Assembly (NCBI GenBank): GCA_014799475.1 | Contig: JAAVHX010000033.1 | Coordinates: 21,267-85,266, forward strand | DNA: 64,000 nucleotides | Source of the DNA: Clostridiales bacterium | GTDB taxonomy: Bacteria > Bacillota > Clostridia > Oscillospirales > Oscillospiraceae | Direction: 5' to 3' | Shown here: positions 59,240 through 64,000 of the stretch, piece after piece | How the letters are laid out: each line of letters opens with the position of its first letter | Numbering within the stretch: the stretch's first letter is position 1 | Made by a program: the position numbers and the translations under genes | The notes under the pieces: model-generated | Seen by the model: only the letters and a program-made list of their open reading frames with translations | Database searches by the model: none | What the model was told of the DNA's origin: nothing

Positions 59240-60806
59240 CTTGAAAAAGTATTTCCCGGTGGCTAAGACCAAACTGTTCCAGAAGGAGCAGCTGTACGTC
59301 CGGGCCAACGAGGACATCTCCATCGACATCTACGAGGGCGAGACCGTGGGCGTGGTGGGCGAGAGCGGCTGCGGCAAATCCACACTGGGGCGTGTTCTGC
59401 TCCAGCTCTACCCTCAGACCGCCGGCACCACCATGTACTACGGCGCCACCCTGGACTCCACCACACCAAAATATGTGATCGATACCCTGCGCCACCTGGA
59501 CAGCTATAAGGCCAAGCTGAATAAAGCCAGCGAGAAGGCCGCAGAGCTGAACAAAAAGGTGGAGGAGATCGGCGAGGAGAACGCGGACTTCTATCTGCTG
59601 CAGGAGCGCAACCTGGCCAAGTGCGAGGAGCAGACCTGCCTGAACCACATCGTTACCATCCTGGGCGGGTTCTTTGCCAAGGATGAGGGCGGTAAGGGCC
59701 GGGAGCTGATGGAGAAGGTCTACAACGAGAATGTACAGCGCAATAAGCTGCTGGAAAAACGGGTTGACCTGAGCGCGGAATACGAGCTGTGCACCGAAAG
59801 CGGCGACGCGCAGAAGGCCGCCGGCCTGAAGGGCAAGCTGGACGAGCTGGACGCCCGGATCGCCGCCTACGACAAGACCACCGCCGCCTGCCAGAAGGAG
59901 CTGGACGGGCTTCGGGCCCGGAACGCCAACGACCCGGAGTTTGCCAAGTATGAGGCCATGCGGGATACCGGCATCGACCTGGCCCGGCTGGAATACAGCG
60001 AAATGCGCCTGCTGCGCAAGGACCTGCAGATCATCTTCCAAGACCCCTATTCCAGCCTGAATCCCCGCATGACCATCGGCCAGATCATTGAGGAGGGCCT
60101 GGTCACCCATAAATATTACCGCCCCGGTTCCAAGCAGATGAAGGAGTATGTGCTGGAAACCATGGACGTGTGCGGCCTTCAGGACTACATGGTCCACCGT
60201 TACCCCCACCAGTTCTCCGGCGGCCAGCGCCAGCGCGTGGCCATTGCCCGCGCCCTGGCGGTGAAGCCCAAGTTCATCGTGTGCGATGAGTGCGTGTCCG
60301 CCCTGGACGTGTCCATCCAGTCCCAGATCATCAATCTGCTCCAGGAGCTGAAGGAGAAACAGAACCTGACCTATATGTTCATCTCCCACGACCTGTCGGT
60401 GGTGCGCTATATCTCCGACCGCATCTGCGTGATGTACCTGGGCAATGTCGTGGAGCTGGCCCCCGCCGAGACGATCTTCAAGGATCCGCGGCACCCCTAT
60501 ACGGTGGCGCTGCTGTCCTCCATCCCCACCACCGACCCGGAGAGCCTGAGCAAGGAGCGCATCCTGCTGGAGGGCAACATCCCAAGCCCCATCAGGCCCC
60601 CCGCCGGCTGCAAATTCCACACCCGGTGCTACATGGCCTGCGACAAGTGCAAGCGCGTGCCGCCCCCGCTCCAGGAGATCGAGCCCGGCCACTTCCTGGC
60701 CTGCCACTTCCCCCAGCGCAAGCTGGACGAGGAGGGGAACTACCTCTTCGAGCTGCCCAAGATGGAACGCAAATCCAGCCGCGGGGCGGATGAAACGGCG
60801 GAGTGA
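59205..60806 (+). CDS. oppF: Opp/Dpp ATPase F with a ~175-aa helical insertion
   Basis: GESGCGKST...insert...FQDPYSSLNP, FSGGQRQR, CDE, GCKFHTRC. Confidence 0.9.
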   Translation: MQSTKKLLSITNLKKYFPVAKTKLFQKEQLYVRANEDISIDIYEGETVGVVGESGCGKSTLGRVLLQLYPQTAGTTMYYGATLDSTTPKYVIDTLRHLDSYKAKLNKASEKAAELNKKVEEIGEENADFYLLQERNLAKCEEQTCLNHIVTILGGFFAKDEGGKGRELMEKVYNENVQRNKLLEKRVDLSAEYELCTESGDAQKAAGLKGKLDELDARIAAYDKTTAACQKELDGLRARNANDPEFAKYEAMRDTGIDLARLEYSEMRLLRKDLQIIFQDPYSSLNPRMTIGQIIEEGLVTHKYYRPGSKQMKEYVLETMDVCGLQDYMVHRYPHQFSGGQRQRVAIARALAVKPKFIVCDECVSALDVSIQSQIINLLQELKEKQNLTYMFISHDLSVVRYISDRICVMYLGNVVELAPAETIFKDPRHPYTVALLSSIPTTDPESLSKERILLEGNIPSPIRPPAGCKFHTRCYMACDKCKRVPPPLQEIEPGHFLACHFPQRKLDEEGNYLFELPKMERKSSRGADETAE

Positions 60807-60827
60807 TCTCCGCAGAAAGGCGCCGCG

Positions 60828-61025
60828 ATGATATGGAAACGGCTGAAGCGATACGCCAGTGAACAGGAGGAGAAACATGGCCCGGAGGAGACGGAGGACC
60901 TGCACGTCACCTTTCGGGAGCGGCTTGTCATGGTGCTGACGGCCTACGTCGTGATCGTCCTGCCCTGCGCGCTGGTCCTGATTGGACTGTGCCTGCTGAT
61001 CAGCTGGCTGTTTGGCTTGCTGTGA
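60828..61025 (+). CDS. Small membrane protein
   Basis: 65 aa, hydrophobic C-terminal half, last in the Opp operon before the terminator. Confidence 0.6.
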   Translation: MIWKRLKRYASEQEEKHGPEETEDLHVTFRERLVMVLTAYVVIVLPCALVLIGLCLLISWLFGLL

Positions 61026-61033
61026 AAAGATTT

Positions 61034-61078
61034 ACCGCCCCGCCCTTCCCCGTTGGGGAGGGCGGGGCGGTATTTTTT
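61034..61078 (+). terminator. Intrinsic terminator
   Basis: taccgccccgcccttcccc-gtt-ggggagggcggggcggta followed by tttttt. Confidence 0.85.
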
Positions 61079-61122
61079 CATGAAACGAAGTTTTTTCATA
61101 GATGAGCAAAGAATTTTCTATC

Positions 61123-61140
61123 GTTTTCTCCGGAGAAAAC
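61123..61140. promoter_or_regulatory. Perfect 18-bp palindrome upstream of mglB, possible operator
   Basis: GTTTTCTCCGGAGAAAAC. Confidence 0.35.
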
Positions 61141-61210
61141 CGTTAAAATGACCATATGGGAAGCTCGGTTTTCCCGAAAATTCTAACGTTTTAATAGGAG
61201 GAACATAAGA

Positions 61211-62218
61211 ATGAAAAAGATCATTGCGCTCTTGCTCTCTGCCCTGATGGTCATGTCCCTGTTCGCCGGCTGCGGCAAGAAGGACGACGGCGGCAAGGCT
61301 TCCGACGGTGACGGCGAGAAGGGCACCATCGGCGTGTGCATCTACAAGTTCGACGACGCCTTCATGACCACCTACCGCAACTCGCTTGAGGAGATCCTGA
61401 AGGGCAAGGGCTACAAGGTCTCCGTCGTGGACGGCAACAACGACCAGGCCAAGCAGAACGAGCAGATCAACACCTTTATCAGCCAGGGTGTCCAGGCGCT
61501 GATCATCAACCCGGTCATGACCTCTGCGGCCGACCAGATCATCAGCACCGTGAAGGACGCCGGCATCCCCACCGTGCTCATCAACCGTGAGCCCACCGCC
61601 GAGCAGATGGCCGCTTACGACAAGCTGGTCTACGTCGGCTGCGACGCCGCTCAGTCCGGCACCTTCCAGGGCGAGCTGATCCTGGACACCGCCAACAAGG
61701 GCGACATCAACGGCGACGGCAAGGTCTCCTACATCATGATCCAGGGCGACCCCGAGAATATCGATGCCCAGCTGCGTACCGAGTACTCCGTGAAGGCTCT
61801 GAAGGACGCCGGCGTTGAGGTGGAGCAGCTCAACCTCACCCGCGGAGACTGGGACCGTAACCGCGGCCAGGAGATCGCCGCCAACGACCTGGCTCAGTTC
61901 GGTGACCAGATCGAGGTCATCTTCTGCAACAACGACGACATGGCCATCGGCGCCCTCCAGGCCATCCAGGCCGCGGGCCGCAAGGTCAACGAGGACATCT
62001 ACCTGGTGGGCGTGGACGCGCTGGACGCCGCCCTGAACGAGGTGAAGAACGGCAACATGACCGGCACCGTGCTGAACGACGCCGTGGGCCAGGCCACCGA
62101 GGCTGTCAACCAGATGGAGAAGCTGCTGAGCGGCACCACCTACTCTGAGGGCAACCAGAGCGTGTACGTCCCCTACGTGAAGGTTACTCCCGATAACGTT
62201 GGCGACTTCATGAGCTAA
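61211..62218 (+). CDS. mglB: Galactose/glucose ABC substrate-binding lipoprotein
   Basis: Lipobox FAGC, IYKFDDAFM, INREP, CNNDDMAIG, GTVLND. Confidence 0.88.
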   Translation: MKKIIALLLSALMVMSLFAGCGKKDDGGKASDGDGEKGTIGVCIYKFDDAFMTTYRNSLEEILKGKGYKVSVVDGNNDQAKQNEQINTFISQGVQALIINPVMTSAADQIISTVKDAGIPTVLINREPTAEQMAAYDKLVYVGCDAAQSGTFQGELILDTANKGDINGDGKVSYIMIQGDPENIDAQLRTEYSVKALKDAGVEVEQLNLTRGDWDRNRGQEIAANDLAQFGDQIEVIFCNNDDMAIGALQAIQAAGRKVNEDIYLVGVDALDAALNEVKNGNMTGTVLNDAVGQATEAVNQMEKLLSGTTYSEGNQSVYVPYVKVTPDNVGDFMS

Positions 62219-62340
62219 TTTTAGAAGCTGCTGCTTCCGCGGGGTGCGTGGCGCTTGTGCGCACGCACCCCGCCTTATATAACGCCGCCCGTCCGGCGGG
62301 GCCGGAGGTAAAGGCGGAGAAAGAAACGGGGGATCGTGAA

Positions 62341-63840
62341 TTGTCAGAATATCGTTTGGAAATGCGCGGCGTGGTCAAGACATTTCCCGGCGTCAAGGCG
62401 CTGGATCATGCCCAGCTCAAGCTCCGCCCCGGCAGCGTCCACGCCCTGATGGGGGAGAACGGCGCGGGTAAATCAACCCTGATGAAGTGTATGTTCGGCA
62501 TCTACCACATGGACGAGGGCGAAGTGATCTACGAGGGTGAACCGGTCCACATCCGGGGGCCGCTGGACGCCCTGCACCGGGGCATCGCCATGGTGCACCA
62601 GGAGCTCCAGCCCATCCCCGAGCGGAGCATCGCCGAGAACATCTATGTGGGACGCTATCCCATGAAAATGGGGTTCCTCGTGGACCATGAAAAGATGTAT
62701 GAGGACGCGGCCAAGGTGCTCAAGGAGGTTCATCTGAACTTTGATCCCAAGGCCAAGCTGGGCACCCTCAGCGTGTCCCAGATGCAGCTGGTGGAAATCG
62801 CCAAGGCGGTGTCCGCCGACTGCAAGGTGCTCATCCTGGATGAGCCTACCTCCTCCCTCACTGCCGCCGAGGTGGAGGCGCTGTTCACCATCGTGAACGA
62901 GCTGCGCAGCAAGGGCGTATCCATTGTGTACATCTCCCACAAGATGGACGAGATCCTGCGCATCAGCGACGAGGTCACCATCATGCGGGACGGCCAGTAC
63001 ATCGGCACCTGGGAGGCCAAGGGGCTGACCACCGACTTCATCATCACCAAGATGGTGGGCCGGGAGCTGTCCAACCTCTATCCCGCGCGGTCGAACACCC
63101 CCGGCGAGGTGGTGTTCGAGGTGGAGGACTTCACCTCCATCAACCCCAAGAGCTTCCGCCACGCCAGTTTCAGCGTCCGCAAAGGGGAGATCCTGGGTGT
63201 GGCCGGTCTGGTGGGCGCGCAGCGCACCGAGCTGATGGAGGGCCTGTTCGGCCTGCGGCTCCACAGCGCGGGGAAGATCACATACCGGGGCAAGGAGCTG
63301 AAGATCAACCAGCCCAAGGATGCCATTGACGCCGGCATCGCCATGCTCACCGAGGACCGCCGGGCCACCGGTATCCTGGGGGTGCTGTCCATTGCGGACA
63401 ATGTGTCCATTGCCTCCCTGAACCAGTATCTCATCGGGGGCGTCATGCTGGACGACAAGAAGATCGAGGAGCTGGTGCAGGACAACGTGGCCAAGCTGTC
63501 CATCAAGACCCCCTCCTCCAAGACCCAGATCCAATCCCTGTCCGGCGGCAACCAGCAGAAGGTGCTGATCAGCCGCTGGCTGGCCCGTGATCCGGATGTC
63601 TTTATCCTGGATGAGCCCACTCGCGGCATCGACGTGGGCGCCAAATATGAGATCTATTGCATCATTGCCGACCTGGCCAAGAAGGGGAAGAGCGTGATCA
63701 TGATCTCCTCCGAAATGGGTGAGCTGATCGGTATGTCCGACCGCGTCATGGTCATGTGTGACGGGCGGGTCACCGGCTTCATCGACGGCAAGGACGCCAA
63801 CCAGGAGAATATTATGGCGCTGGCCACCCAGTTTGAGTAA
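62341..63840 (+). CDS. mglA: Sugar ABC (CUT2) ATP-binding protein
   Basis: FPGVKALD, GENGAGKST, LDEPTSSL, LSGGNQQK, DEPTRGIDVGAK. Confidence 0.9.
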   Translation: MSEYRLEMRGVVKTFPGVKALDHAQLKLRPGSVHALMGENGAGKSTLMKCMFGIYHMDEGEVIYEGEPVHIRGPLDALHRGIAMVHQELQPIPERSIAENIYVGRYPMKMGFLVDHEKMYEDAAKVLKEVHLNFDPKAKLGTLSVSQMQLVEIAKAVSADCKVLILDEPTSSLTAAEVEALFTIVNELRSKGVSIVYISHKMDEILRISDEVTIMRDGQYIGTWEAKGLTTDFIITKMVGRELSNLYPARSNTPGEVVFEVEDFTSINPKSFRHASFSVRKGEILGVAGLVGAQRTELMEGLFGLRLHSAGKITYRGKELKINQPKDAIDAGIAMLTEDRRATGILGVLSIADNVSIASLNQYLIGGVMLDDKKIEELVQDNVAKLSIKTPSSKTQIQSLSGGNQQKVLISRWLARDPDVFILDEPTRGIDVGAKYEIYCIIADLAKKGKSVIMISSEMGELIGMSDRVMVMCDGRVTGFIDGKDANQENIMALATQFE

Positions 63841-63855
63841 GGAGGAGAGAAAAAC

Positions 63856-64000
63856 ATGGAGAGAATCAAATCGTTCAACCCCAAAAAGTTTGTATCCGAT
63901 AACGCGATCATTCTGCTGATCCTGCTGCTGGCGGTGTTCACCGCGTTCAACTCCAAGAACTTCATCAGCCAGAGCAACCTGAAAAACCTGATCATCAACG
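63856..64000 (+). CDS. mglC: Sugar ABC permease (partial, runs off the right edge)
   Basis: GGAGG RBS, MERIKSFNPKKFVSDNAIILLILLLAVF...NFISQSNLKNL; operon position. Confidence 0.7.
   Translation, partial: MERIKSFNPKKFVSDNAIILLILLLAVFTAFNSKNFISQSNLKNLIIN

Noticed and set aside
52846-60905. Long minus-strand ORFs (761, 566, 408, 558 aa) opposite the Opp operon
   Set aside because: Typical GC-bias antisense frames with no recognisable motifs.

Overview
High-GC Firmicutes chromosomal DNA, probably Clostridia/Oscillospiraceae-like (inferred from spoIIR, sigmaA promoters, ECF transporter and GC-rich codons). It is mostly housekeeping: two-component systems with ABC exporters, spoIIR, ispE, a shikimate/Phe operon, cinA, thiI, secG, comM, PFOR, an ECF sigma/anti-sigma pair, WYL, MFS, ABC-F, pyrG, ilvE, tRNA-Gly, an atypical Opp system and mglBAC. 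The most striking signal is intergenic. A family of short hairpin elements (GGGGCCCCCGCAAA...TTTGTGGGG...CGA) sits behind aroF, comM and tRNA-Gly. In each of these three the element is followed by a second copy of the host gene's 3' end, and in the protein genes the copies differ only synonymously (7/7 differences at comM, 2/2 at aroF). A fourth copy splits a sigma factor's Shine-Dalgarno from its start codon. Also seen: a Phe/Tyr/Trp-rich leader-peptide attenuator for the aro operon, an MRK-uORF attenuator on an ABC-F, an orphan riboswitch-like leader on an ECF S-component/kinase pair, an XRE cassette bracketed by long covarying inverted repeats, and a MITE. No integrase, transposase or CRISPR array was seen.
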